Shown here in pieces: positions 1 through 8,033 of a stretch of 64,000 bases of DNA. The stretch is from assembly GCA_963744405.1 (NCBI GenBank), contig CAVUTO010000018.1, positions 881 through 64,880 of the forward strand. The letters are read 5' to 3'. The translations under genes were made by a program, and so were the position numbers. The notes below the pieces were generated by a model. The model saw nothing but the letters and a program-made list of their open reading frames with translations. It did not search any database and was not told the origin of the DNA. Position 1 is the stretch's first letter. The number at the start of each line of letters is the position of its first letter. Origin of the DNA: Vicinamibacterales bacterium (GTDB lineage Bacteria; Acidobacteriota; Vicinamibacteria; Vicinamibacterales; JAMQPK01).

Positions 1-718
1 CAGCGGCGACTGCGTGAATGTGAGCGATGCCGGTTACCGCGACCGCCACGTTCGCTGGAGATGCCAACCACAATGGCGGCGACGACAGCAAGAGCATCCA
101 GATTCTGCAGAAGGCTCTGACGATTACGGCGAATGACGCAACCAAGGTCCTGGGCGAACACAGTGACATTCGCAGGCACCGAATTCACCGTGGACGGTCT
201 CGTCAGCGGCGACACCATCGCGACCGTGACCCGGACGAGCACCGGTGCGGCGGCAGGAGCCGCCGTCGGCTCTTATGAGATCCTGGCGAGCGACGCGAAG
301 GGGGCGGCCGTCGCGAACTACAAATCAGTATGTGAAAGGTGAGTTGAAGGTTCTCTACCGGTGGGATGGCTTCCTGCAGCCGATCAACGATACGGCCCAT
401 GATCTCGGCCCCATGAGCAAGTTCAAGGCGGGCCAAACCATTCCGGCGAAGTTCGTCCTCAAGAATGCCGCCGGTGCAACCGTGCAACAGACGGGCATAC
501 CGACCTTCACGCGCACCGACGACTGGCGCCTGCGATTCGACCGCGGCGCTCGAAAATCCGGACCTCGTGTCGGCAAGCGTCGTGCCCCTGACAAGTGGGA
601 CGGTAGTCAGTACCACTACAACTGGAGCACGAAGGGAGTGCCGGCGGGCCTGTATCGCATCTTCGCGAACCTCGCAGATGGCACGGCCCGCTCGGTGGAC
701 ATCTGCCTGACGAAGTAG
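1..718 (+). pseudogene. 3' end of a cell-surface repeat protein (MBG-like repeat followed by a PxKF-type C-terminal domain), with the reading frame broken several times
   Basis: 'ITANDATKVLGE', 'TFAGTEFTVDGLVSGDTIATVTRTSTGAAAGAAVGSYEILASDAKGAAVANYK' and 'LYRWDGFLQPINDTAHDLGPMSKFKAGQTIPAKFVLKN...KWDGSQYHYNWSTKGVPAGLYRIFANLADGTARSVDICLTK' lie in different + frames (ORFs 27-278, 133-342, 245-718, 465-710). The gene starts upstream of the window. Confidence 0.45.
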
Positions 719-771
719 GCGAAGTCACCGACAGGTAGCCCAGAGACGGCGACTCCTCGCTGCACGCGTCT

Positions 772-1411
772 GTGGGTGTTGCAGCCTCCACGGTAAAGGC
801 GCGGGCGTCAAAAGACGCTCGCGCCTATAAGGCCGACGCGAACTGCACAGTGACGGGTTACAACATGATTTTCGACAACGCGTCCCACACAGCAACTGGA
901 ACGTGCATCGGCGTCGACAAGTCGGTGCTGGCCGGACTCGACCTGAGCAAGACGGCTCATACGCTCGCTGGCGACTACACCGACACCTGGACGTTCACCG
1001 ACGTGACCGGTAACTACAACAATACGGGCGGAACGGTTGTTGATCGGATCGGTCACTGGATGACGAACGGCTTCTATCAGCCGGTGGATATGAGCGGTGC
1101 ACGATCGTGTGGAACATGATAAAGGCGGCTCGACGGTGCCACTAAAGTTCAACCTCTATGCCGGAAGCGGGAAGAGGACCAACGTCAGTGACGTGCCCGG
1201 GTTTGCCTTCGCGCCCGCACCGTGCGAAGCATCGATGATTGATGCGGCAGTCGAGTTCACAACGACCGGCGGCACGCAACTGCGCTACGACGGAACGGCG
1301 GGACAGTTCATCCAAAACTGGCAGACGCCAAAAACGGCGGGAAAGTGCTATGTGGTGCAGCTCACGGCGTTGGATGGCTCGACGATCGCCGCCTATTTCA
1401 AGACGAAGTAG
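772..1411 (+). pseudogene. PxKF-type domain surface protein, frame-disrupted (ORFs 772-1119 and 1097-1411 are one gene)
   Basis: 'CTVTGYNMIFDNASHTATGTCIGV...FTDVTGNYNNTGGTVVDRIGHWMTNGFYQPVDMSG' continues as 'TIVWNMIK' in a second frame. It then reads 'GGSTVPLKFNLYAG...QLRYDGTAGQFIQNWQTPKTAGKCYVVQLTALDGSTIAAYFKTK' in a third frame. This implies two indels within about 30 nt near 1095-1125. Confidence 0.45.
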
Positions 1412-1416
1412 CCGAC

Positions 1417-1453
1417 GCGAACCGCGGAGCGAGGACCTCGCTCCGCGGTTCGC
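1417..1453 (+). terminator. Strong hairpin directly after the stop codon (possible intrinsic terminator without a U-tract)
   Basis: GCGAACCGCGGAGCGAG-gac-CTCGCTCCGCGGTTCGC, a perfect 17-bp stem starting 6 nt after the TAG at 1409-1411. No T-run follows. Confidence 0.4.
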
Positions 1454-1570
1454 CGTATAGCGGTTCGACACCGAGTTGAACGCCCTAGGCGTAAAACACT
1501 TCTTCCCCGTGCCTCTGGTAGGCTCACCATCTTCTGATCAGCACTCTCAGACGGCGCCAATTACTTGAAA

Positions 1571-1779
1571 ATGGCGACAAGCACGAATTTCGACTGAGTC
1601 CAGCACGCATATTGGTGTGGCTTCCGCGGCACGTCGTAAGTGATGTCGCCGAAGAAGGCTACTCGGTCGAGTTCTTCGACATGACGGGCAACACCGTCAC
1701 CGTCGTCACGCTCCCGGCAAGCGCCCTCCGTATGCCGACACCAGCGGATCGGCCTGCGGCGCGCGCTCTCAGCGCCTAA
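1571..1779 (+). pseudogene. DUF4926-like small protein remnant (frame-shifted)
   Basis: ATG at 1571 reads 'MATSTNFD' and then hits a stop. The next frame reads 'SPARILVWLPRHVVSDVAEEGYSVEFFDMTGNTVTVVTLPASALRMPTPAD', which resembles the 'YEVEF.D..G.T.AV.TL....LR' core of DUF4926 as I remember it. It is followed by the hairpin AGCGGCC-tca-GGCCGCT. Confidence 0.25.
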
Positions 1780-2028
1780 AGGCGGAAAGCGGCCTCAGGC
1801 CGCTCGCCAGAGGGTGTCCAGCTGCCTCAGCCAGACTACCGTCTGGTTCCAACTCGTGAAAATGTGGCGTCGCCAACCTTTGCTCATGAACGCACGCGAA
1901 GGTTGCCCACCATCACGCGAAGCGCGACGGTGGGCCGATCTTTACGGAGCTATGGTTGTGAAGCGGAGTGCTTGTATCAGTACTGCCACCTACGGGCAAT
2001 CTTAGTCCCCCCGCAAGAAGCTGTCCCT

Positions 2029-2352
2029 ATGCGTCTCCGGCGCTTGGCACAAGATGTCTCTGATGACGAACCACGAGAGCCGACAGACGCTCCGCGGCGG
2101 TTAGGCGTTGCGCTATCCGGCGGCGGAGTCCGCGCGTCGCTTTTTGCGCTTGGGGCGCTGATGTACCTCGTTGACAGCGGCGAAAACGAGCGGGTCACCG
2201 AGATGTGTTCAGTGTCCGGAGGCTCTATTACGAATGCGTTTGTCGCACAACGGTGTAATTTTCAGACCGTTTCGCGTGCCACTTTGACCAATGTGCATCG
2301 CAACTGGCTCAAGCGATCGTCCGCGGGCTCGTTACGAAGCGTTTTGTACTAA
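2029..2352 (+). CDS. Patatin-like phospholipase, N-terminal part (separated from the rest by a frameshift near 2260-2290)
   Basis: 'LGVALSGGGVRASLFALGAL' is the oxyanion GGGxR motif and 'CSVSGGSITNAF' is the GxSxG nucleophile elbow. ATG at 2029 lies in the frame of ORF 1864-2352. Confidence 0.7.
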   Translation: MRLRRLAQDVSDDEPREPTDAPRRLGVALSGGGVRASLFALGALMYLVDSGENERVTEMCSVSGGSITNAFVAQRCNFQTVSRATLTNVHRNWLKRSSAGSLRSVLY

Positions 2353-2363
2353 CAACGTACGGC

Positions 2364-4190
2364 GTGGCCGGGTTGTTCGTCATCATCCTCACGATGTCGT
2401 CCTGGCCTCTGGATCTCCCGACTTATCTCGACATAGCTCTCATTGCGGTCTTTGGGGCTCTCGTCCTGCTCCGTGGTGTCGTCCTTACGCATCTGTTTCA
2501 ACGGCAGCTGTTCGGTGCGGCACAGCTGCCGAAAACGCTGGGAAGCATCACATCGAACGTCGCCCACGTTTTCTGTGCGACGGACCTCAATGCGAGCATG
2601 CCAGTGTATTTCACGAATGCCGGCGTGCATTTCTATAGTCCCGCGTGGGGAGCTGCAGAGCCGCGCGCCGCAGGTCAGATTCCAATCGCCGATGCCGTTC
2701 GAGCGTCGGCTGCCTTTCCGGGTGGTATTCCGCCAAAGCGGATGAACATTCGGAACTTCCGCGTGAAGCGGACGCCGATTCAACAGCTGCACCAGTGGCA
2801 ACAACTTGTGTTTCGGGATGTTCGACAACCACCGTCAGTGCTGTATCTCGCTGATGGTGGCGTCTGGAATAACCTCGGCACCGATTGGTTTGACCGATCC
2901 ACCAGGCAAGCGGTCAAGGGCGTCTTGGATTGGCATCCCGAAGCGGAGCAAATGCTGATCGTTGATGCGTCTGCGCCGACAGCAGCACGATCGCGCCTCA
3001 GATGGTTTTGGGTTCCGTACTATAGTGAGCTTCGTGTCCTCTTGAAGGTTTGGCTGGTGTCGTATTCGAGCACGGTAAATGGCCGAATCCAAGAACTGCT
3101 GACTCGAGGAATTCATGCGAACGCGCCCGGTTCGGAAATCTTCATTGCTCGCATGATTGACCCTGTTCCAGGCGCTGTGAAACTGGGAGGAGTAGCCTGG
3201 CGCGGGAATCCACAGCATTGGTCGGGGCGATGGAACTTGTTGTCGTCGTGTTGGAGTCTGTGCGCGCGATGGTGTGTCCCCAGGAAGCAATGGGTTGTGC
3301 GTACTGGTGACCGGCTGAATGCGTGGACGTCATCGGTGCCAACCACGTTCTTCTCTATTCCCCCTGAGGTCGCAGTCCAACTGCTTGTTCATGGGTACAT
3401 GTCTACGTCAAAAGCGATGACCGGATCGGAAGACGAAGCCGTCGTGAGATTCCCGGGCATTGACCGGTTCGCGACGATTCTCGGTCTCGAGACCGTTCGC
3501 CCCTCGTGGAGTTCCGCAACGATTCTCGGCTCATCCTCACAGTTGAAACCAGTGAGCCGGGTACAGGAGCTGCAGCTGCAGCTGGCGGGGGGAGTTCTCG
3601 AGGTCTTGAAGGAGGCGCGCAACACGACTGAGACCGTCAGTGGCGCCGCGGAGCGCCAACTGGCTGCAAGTCGTGCGCTGCGCGACGTGCTGGACAAGGA
3701 ACGCGCCAAATTGGGTCCGTTGGAAGGACCTTTCCTCACCTATCCCAATCCAGAGCTCAGGAAGGCGAAGGCTGCGTTGGATAAAGGGGACCTTGCGGGC
3801 GCCGTGGCTCTCTTCGCAGAGATCTTTGCGAAATTCGCTCCTTCCGACGAATCAATCGCTTGCAACGATGTCGCAAGCTATGCTCACGCGCTTGCGGCGA
3901 GCCACGACAATCGAGCTGTAGAGGTTATACACATTGCGGAACACCGACTACTCGCGACAGGTCGCGAGATTACCGCAGCGACACGTGCTGCACTGGGGTG
4001 GTGGAGTCTCGCCAATGCCTATGCCCACCTCGACATGCCAGAAAATGTTGTGCGATCCGCCCGTGAGGGCCTCGCTTGCGATTCCAGAGTTCACCGCTGG
4101 TACGAGCATCAGAAGAATGACGAACACTTTCGCCGCATTCGGAATCATGCGGCGCTTATCGCTTTTGAACAGGAACTCATGCAGCAATGA
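2364..4190 (+). CDS. Patatin-like phospholipase, main part: TM insertion, catalytic DGG region and a helical TPR-like C-terminal domain
   Basis: This frame is already open from 2259 ('FDQCASQLAQAIVRGLVTKRFVLTTYGVAGLFVIILT'), so it continues the 2029-2352 fragment after one indel. 'LYLADGGVWNNLG' is the catalytic Asp motif. Hydrophobic helices follow the junction. The C-terminal ~200 aa are helical and repeat-like. Confidence 0.7.
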   Translation: MAGLFVIILTMSSWPLDLPTYLDIALIAVFGALVLLRGVVLTHLFQRQLFGAAQLPKTLGSITSNVAHVFCATDLNASMPVYFTNAGVHFYSPAWGAAEPRAAGQIPIADAVRASAAFPGGIPPKRMNIRNFRVKRTPIQQLHQWQQLVFRDVRQPPSVLYLADGGVWNNLGTDWFDRSTRQAVKGVLDWHPEAEQMLIVDASAPTAARSRLRWFWVPYYSELRVLLKVWLVSYSSTVNGRIQELLTRGIHANAPGSEIFIARMIDPVPGAVKLGGVAWRGNPQHWSGRWNLLSSCWSLCARWCVPRKQWVVRTGDRLNAWTSSVPTTFFSIPPEVAVQLLVHGYMSTSKAMTGSEDEAVVRFPGIDRFATILGLETVRPSWSSATILGSSSQLKPVSRVQELQLQLAGGVLEVLKEARNTTETVSGAAERQLAASRALRDVLDKERAKLGPLEGPFLTYPNPELRKAKAALDKGDLAGAVALFAEIFAKFAPSDESIACNDVASYAHALAASHDNRAVEVIHIAEHRLLATGREITAATRAALGWWSLANAYAHLDMPENVVRSAREGLACDSRVHRWYEHQKNDEHFRRIRNHAALIAFEQELMQQ

Positions 4191-4215
4191 GAGAACCGAC
4201 GGTAAATAGCCTCGG

Positions 4216-5859
4216 TTAGTCGCGCACGCGCACAGCGCCGCCCAGGTCGGAACGCTCGAAGGTCGCGACGCCGGCGCCGGACGGCACACGGCTGCCGCTG
4301 ACCGTAACATCGCGGGCCGCGACACCGCCGACGTGAACCAGGCATCGGCTTCCTTCGGTCGCCTCACTGTTTCGAATCACGCCGCGATCCACATCCTCGA
4401 CGAGGATCGGTGCGGCATTGGAGCTCGGCAGACCCTGCCGTCCCTTGAAGCCGTCGACGTCGAAATCGGAAACCTTCCGCAGTACCAACGCGCTCCGCCA
4501 CTTCGGCTCGGTCTCCTCCTCACCCCATCGCACCGAGAGATCGCGGACCCGCACGCCCCTGGCGGACTCGATGAACAGCGCATCGTCGGCCCGCTTGTCG
4601 GGAGCATTCTCCGGCAGCATGGTGAGGTTGATATTCGACAGCTGTACGTTCTCGATCGGGCGCTCCGGGTGTCCGACGATGGTACTGGTCCCGCGCACCC
4701 GGGCAATCACGTTGGCTACGGTGATGTCCCGGATCGCACCGAGCTTCGATGCCGGGGTCCGTTTTTTCAACACCAGCTTGAACAGCTCGGCGCTGCCCCA
4801 CCAATTCCAGTGGCGCCTCGCGGTTTCGACTGTCAGGTTGCTGACGATCACATCGCTGACAACGGCGCCGTCCTGGACGTTGATCCCGAATCCCTTGTTC
4901 GAGTTCCTGATGACGCAGTTGTTGAACAGCACGTGACGGATATCTGCCTGGGTCTCCGTCCCGATCATCAGCGCAGTGGACGACGAGGTCAGGACGCAGT
5001 TGGTGACGGTGACGTTCTCCACCGGCCGAGCCGGTTCTCCGTCCCGCGCAATCGCCTTCAGCACGATCGCATCGTCGGCGGTCTCGATGATCGAGTCGGA
5101 GATGGTGACGTTGCGGGACGAGACGATGTCGATGCCGTCGGCGTTCACGCCCTTCTCGAGGTCGGAATAGATATAGACGCCGTGCACGGTGACCCGGTCG
5201 CAGTCATTCAGCCGGACGCTCCACAGCGGCGAATGGACGATCGAGATGTCGCGCAAGTGGACGTGGCGGCAGTTGTTGAGGATGCACATGTAGGTCTGCA
5301 CGCCGACCCGGTAGTACCTTCGCATGTCGATGCCGGCGGCCCGTGCGATTTCAATCTCGCGGGTAATCTCGGGATCGACGCCCCGCATCGGCGCGAACTG
5401 GTACTGCGCAAGGCCGTCGAGCGTGCCGCGCCCCGTGATCGCCACGTTGACGGCGTTCTCGGCGAAGAGCATCGCGCGCCGTCCGCGCGGGAATTGGGCG
5501 TTGTCCTGAATCAGGAACAGCGTAGCGCCTGCCTCGACGTGCAGCGTGACGTTGTCCTTCAGCTGGAGCATGCCGACGCTGTAGTCGCCGGGCGGGACGT
5601 TAACGGTGCCCCCGCCGGCAGCAGTGCAGGCGTCGATGGCCGACTGGCATGCAACGGTGGCGCTCTGAGTGCGGACGCCCGTCGCACCGTAGGCCTTGAC
5701 GTCGAACTGGCGCGTGGCGGGCGTCGGCTGCGGGGCGGGGATCGACTGTCCAGTCAGGGCTGTGCCACCGGCGAGCACGGCGCAGCTCTTCAGCCACGTG
5801 CGCCTGGAGAGCGAGCGGGCCGATGGGCCGATGGAGAGACCGTCGGATCGAACAACCAT
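4216..5859 (-). CDS. Glycoside hydrolase family 28-like (polygalacturonase / pectin-lyase-fold beta-helix), Tat-exported
   Basis: Tat-like signal 'SRRTWLKSCAVLAGGTALTG'. 'FDVKAYGATG...AIDACTAAGGGTVNVPPGDY', 'GVNADGIDIVSSRNVTISDSIIETADDAIVLK' and 'NSNKGFGINVQ' are typical GH28 blocks. Confidence 0.8.
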   Translation of the reverse strand: MVVRSDGLSIGPSARSLSRRTWLKSCAVLAGGTALTGQSIPAPQPTPATRQFDVKAYGATGVRTQSATVACQSAIDACTAAGGGTVNVPPGDYSVGMLQLKDNVTLHVEAGATLFLIQDNAQFPRGRRAMLFAENAVNVAITGRGTLDGLAQYQFAPMRGVDPEITREIEIARAAGIDMRRYYRVGVQTYMCILNNCRHVHLRDISIVHSPLWSVRLNDCDRVTVHGVYIYSDLEKGVNADGIDIVSSRNVTISDSIIETADDAIVLKAIARDGEPARPVENVTVTNCVLTSSSTALMIGTETQADIRHVLFNNCVIRNSNKGFGINVQDGAVVSDVIVSNLTVETARRHWNWWGSAELFKLVLKKRTPASKLGAIRDITVANVIARVRGTSTIVGHPERPIENVQLSNINLTMLPENAPDKRADDALFIESARGVRVRDLSVRWGEEETEPKWRSALVLRKVSDFDVDGFKGRQGLPSSNAAPILVEDVDRGVIRNSEATEGSRCLVHVGGVAARDVTVSGSRVPSGAGVATFERSDLGGAVRVRD

Positions 5860-5871
5860 CGTGCGCCGGAA

Positions 5872-6870
5872 TTATAGCGGCGACAGCAGCAGGGACTCGA
5901 ACTTTATAGGCTGATCCGCCGTCGCGGTTAGTACCTGGATTGGCGACCCTCCGGGAAAGTCGGTGCGAATGTGGCCGCGCACGACCTGCGTGTCGTTGGT
6001 GACGTAGAGGTACCGGCCGGGCCCAAACGCGCAGTTCGAGACGCGGCCCGCGATTGGGGCGAAGCCGATGTGTTCGCCCTTCGGTGAGAAAACGTAAATC
6101 CCCCCGCGACCGCTCGTCCAGATGTTGCCGGCCGAGTCGGCCTTCATGCCGTCACCACGCGCGCCCCCGACCCTTTCGCTGGCGACGAACTGCCGCTGTC
6201 CGGTCGGCATGCCGGAACCATCGAGATCGATGGCGACCCAACCCGAATTGTCCGTGGCGTAGAGAACGCGGTTATCCGGCGACAACGCAATGCCGTTCGG
6301 GGACAGGTTGTCGGCAATCAGGTGCACCTGATTGTCCGGCGTCACGCGGAAGACGCCGGTGTAGGTCAACTCCCGCTGCGGTGACTTCTGCACGCCCGCA
6401 AGGCCGAAGGGAGGATCGGTGAAGTACACGGCGCCGTTGCGGGCGACCACGAGATCGTTCGGGCTGTTGAAGCGTTTCCCTTGGTAGGACTCGGCGAACA
6501 CCGCCTTCTGACGCGTGGCGAGGTCCACCCGCGCCAGCGCGCGAGTTCCGCTGTCGGCGATCAGTAATCCACCACGGCCCAGCGCCAAGCCGTTCGAGCC
6601 GGCCTCGCGGAGCGAAGCGGGAATCGGGAAGCCTTGGTAGCCGGACGGGGCCAGGAAGACGGTGGTTCGCTTGCCATCCCAGCTGTAGATGGCGTTGCCG
6701 GGCACGTCGGAGAAGAGCAGGTGTCCCGCCTCGCCGCCCACCCACACGGGACCTTCGGTCCAGATGTAGCCCGTCGCGATGGCGTCGACACCGCCTTCCA
6801 GTGGATTGGGGATGCCGGGAAAAGACACGGGCGAGGCCGGCGCCTGGGCCGCCGCTGACGCGCTCCACAC
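5872..6870 (-). CDS. SMP-30/gluconolactonase/LRE family protein; its Tat signal lies upstream in another frame
   Basis: 'TEGPVWVGGEAGHLLFSDVPGNAIYSW', 'NSPNDLVVARNGAVYFTDP' and 'PNGIALSPD' match the family. Upstream, the same frame reads 'RRDRRSFLRAAGSSLVLGAGS' with no start codon. The ATG at 6937 ('METR') is one base out of frame, implying one indel near 6925. Confidence 0.8.
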   Translation of the reverse strand: MWSASAAAQAPASPVSFPGIPNPLEGGVDAIATGYIWTEGPVWVGGEAGHLLFSDVPGNAIYSWDGKRTTVFLAPSGYQGFPIPASLREAGSNGLALGRGGLLIADSGTRALARVDLATRQKAVFAESYQGKRFNSPNDLVVARNGAVYFTDPPFGLAGVQKSPQRELTYTGVFRVTPDNQVHLIADNLSPNGIALSPDNRVLYATDNSGWVAIDLDGSGMPTGQRQFVASERVGGARGDGMKADSAGNIWTSGRGGIYVFSPKGEHIGFAPIAGRVSNCAFGPGRYLYVTNDTQVVRGHIRTDFPGGSPIQVLTATADQPIKFESLLLSPL

Positions 6871-6999
6871 ACTTCCGGCACCAAGGACCAGCGAACTGCC
6901 CGCCGCACGCAGGAAAGACCGTCGATCTCGTCTCCATCCGTCTACCTCTCAGGGAGTGTCCGCGAGTATAAGGTAACGCTGCGGCGTTTCGCCAACACG

Positions 7000-7953
7000 T
7001 TGAGTGAACGGCCGATCAGCAATGCGGTGGCCGGAAAAAATCAACATCCCCCTGTCCTGGCCTCCGCCCTCGACTTCATGGAGCGCAAGACGAAAGAGAA
7101 CGTGCCGTGGCTCTGTTACTTCAACCCCACGCGCATGCACGTGTTCACGCATCTGAAGCCGTCGTCGGTGGGCAAGACCGGGCACGGCCTCTACCCGGAC
7201 GGGATGGTCGAGCTCGATGGCTACGTCGGTGATCTGCTGAAGAAGGTCGACGATCTCGGCGTGGCCGACAACACGATCGTCGTCTTTACCACGGACAACG
7301 GCGCGGAAGAATGCATCTGGCCGGACGGCGGCGCGACGCCGTTCCGCGGCGAAAAGGACACGAACTGGGAGGGCGGCTGGCGCGTTCCGTGCGTGATGCG
7401 GTGGCCTGGCGTCATCAAGCCCGGCGAGGTGATCAACGAGATCGGGTCCCTCACGGACTTCCTGCCGACCTTCGCGGCCGCAGCCGGGGATCCGGACATC
7501 GTCGCCAAGCTCAAGAAGGGACACGATATCGGCGGGACGACGTTCAAGGTGCATATCGATGGCTACAACCTGATGCCGTTCCTGTCCGGCAAGGAGCCCT
7601 GCCCGCGCGACGGCTTCATCTACTGGAGCGACGATGGCGACCTGATGGCGTTGCGCGTGCAGCAGTACAAGATCGTGTTCGCCGAGCAGCTCGCGAAGGG
7701 ACTCAAGGTCTGGCGAGCGCCGCTGAAGCAGATGCGCATCCCCAAGATGTTCGATCTGCGATCGGATCCGTTCGAGGCGGGCGAGGACAGCATCAGGTAC
7801 AACGACTGGTTTGTCGAGCACGTCCCGTTTCAGTACGCCGCGCAGGCGATCGTGCACCAGTGGCTCGAGAGCTTCAAAGAGTTCCCACCGCGACAAAAGG
7901 CGGCGAGCTTCACTATCGATCAGATCGTCGAGAAACTGATGCCGAAATCGTAG
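7000..7953 (+). CDS. Arylsulfatase C-terminal two-thirds only (5'-truncated; the catalytic Cys/Ser-x-P-x-R region is absent)
   Basis: 'NTIVVFTTDNGAE...GGATPFRGEKDTNWEGGWRVPCVMRWPGVIKPG' is characteristic. Homology begins near 'ALDFMERKTKENVPWLCYFNPTRMH'. There is no room upstream for the ~250-aa N-terminal domain because the neighbouring gene starts at 6937. Confidence 0.7.
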   Translation: MSERPISNAVAGKNQHPPVLASALDFMERKTKENVPWLCYFNPTRMHVFTHLKPSSVGKTGHGLYPDGMVELDGYVGDLLKKVDDLGVADNTIVVFTTDNGAEECIWPDGGATPFRGEKDTNWEGGWRVPCVMRWPGVIKPGEVINEIGSLTDFLPTFAAAAGDPDIVAKLKKGHDIGGTTFKVHIDGYNLMPFLSGKEPCPRDGFIYWSDDGDLMALRVQQYKIVFAEQLAKGLKVWRAPLKQMRIPKMFDLRSDPFEAGEDSIRYNDWFVEHVPFQYAAQAIVHQWLESFKEFPPRQKAASFTIDQIVEKLMPKS

Positions 7954-7966
7954 GGCCGGCCTACTC

Positions 7967-7972
7967 TATAAT
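7967..7972 (+). promoter_or_regulatory. TATAAT -10-like box upstream of the kinase
   Basis: A perfect TATAAT lies 15 nt upstream of the TTG at 7988, which opens 'APGARLGVYEV'. The arrangement matches that upstream of the 61072 kinase. Confidence 0.25.
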
Positions 7973-8033
7973 CTAGCCCTCTGCCGCTTGCACCTGGTGC
8001 CCGCCTCGGCGTCTACGAAGTAATCTGCCGCGA

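Noticed and set aside
4333-5877. 514-aa plus-strand ORF covering the whole GH28 gene. Similar long antisense ORFs lie at 10913-12178, 17586-19022, 29361-30338, 38044-38856, 49196-50440, 50683-52389 and 6949-7896.
   Set aside because: These are Arg/Gly/Asp/Pro-rich, low-complexity translations with no recognisable motifs. They lie exactly opposite genes with clear homology, which marks them as typical shadow ORFs of high-GC DNA.
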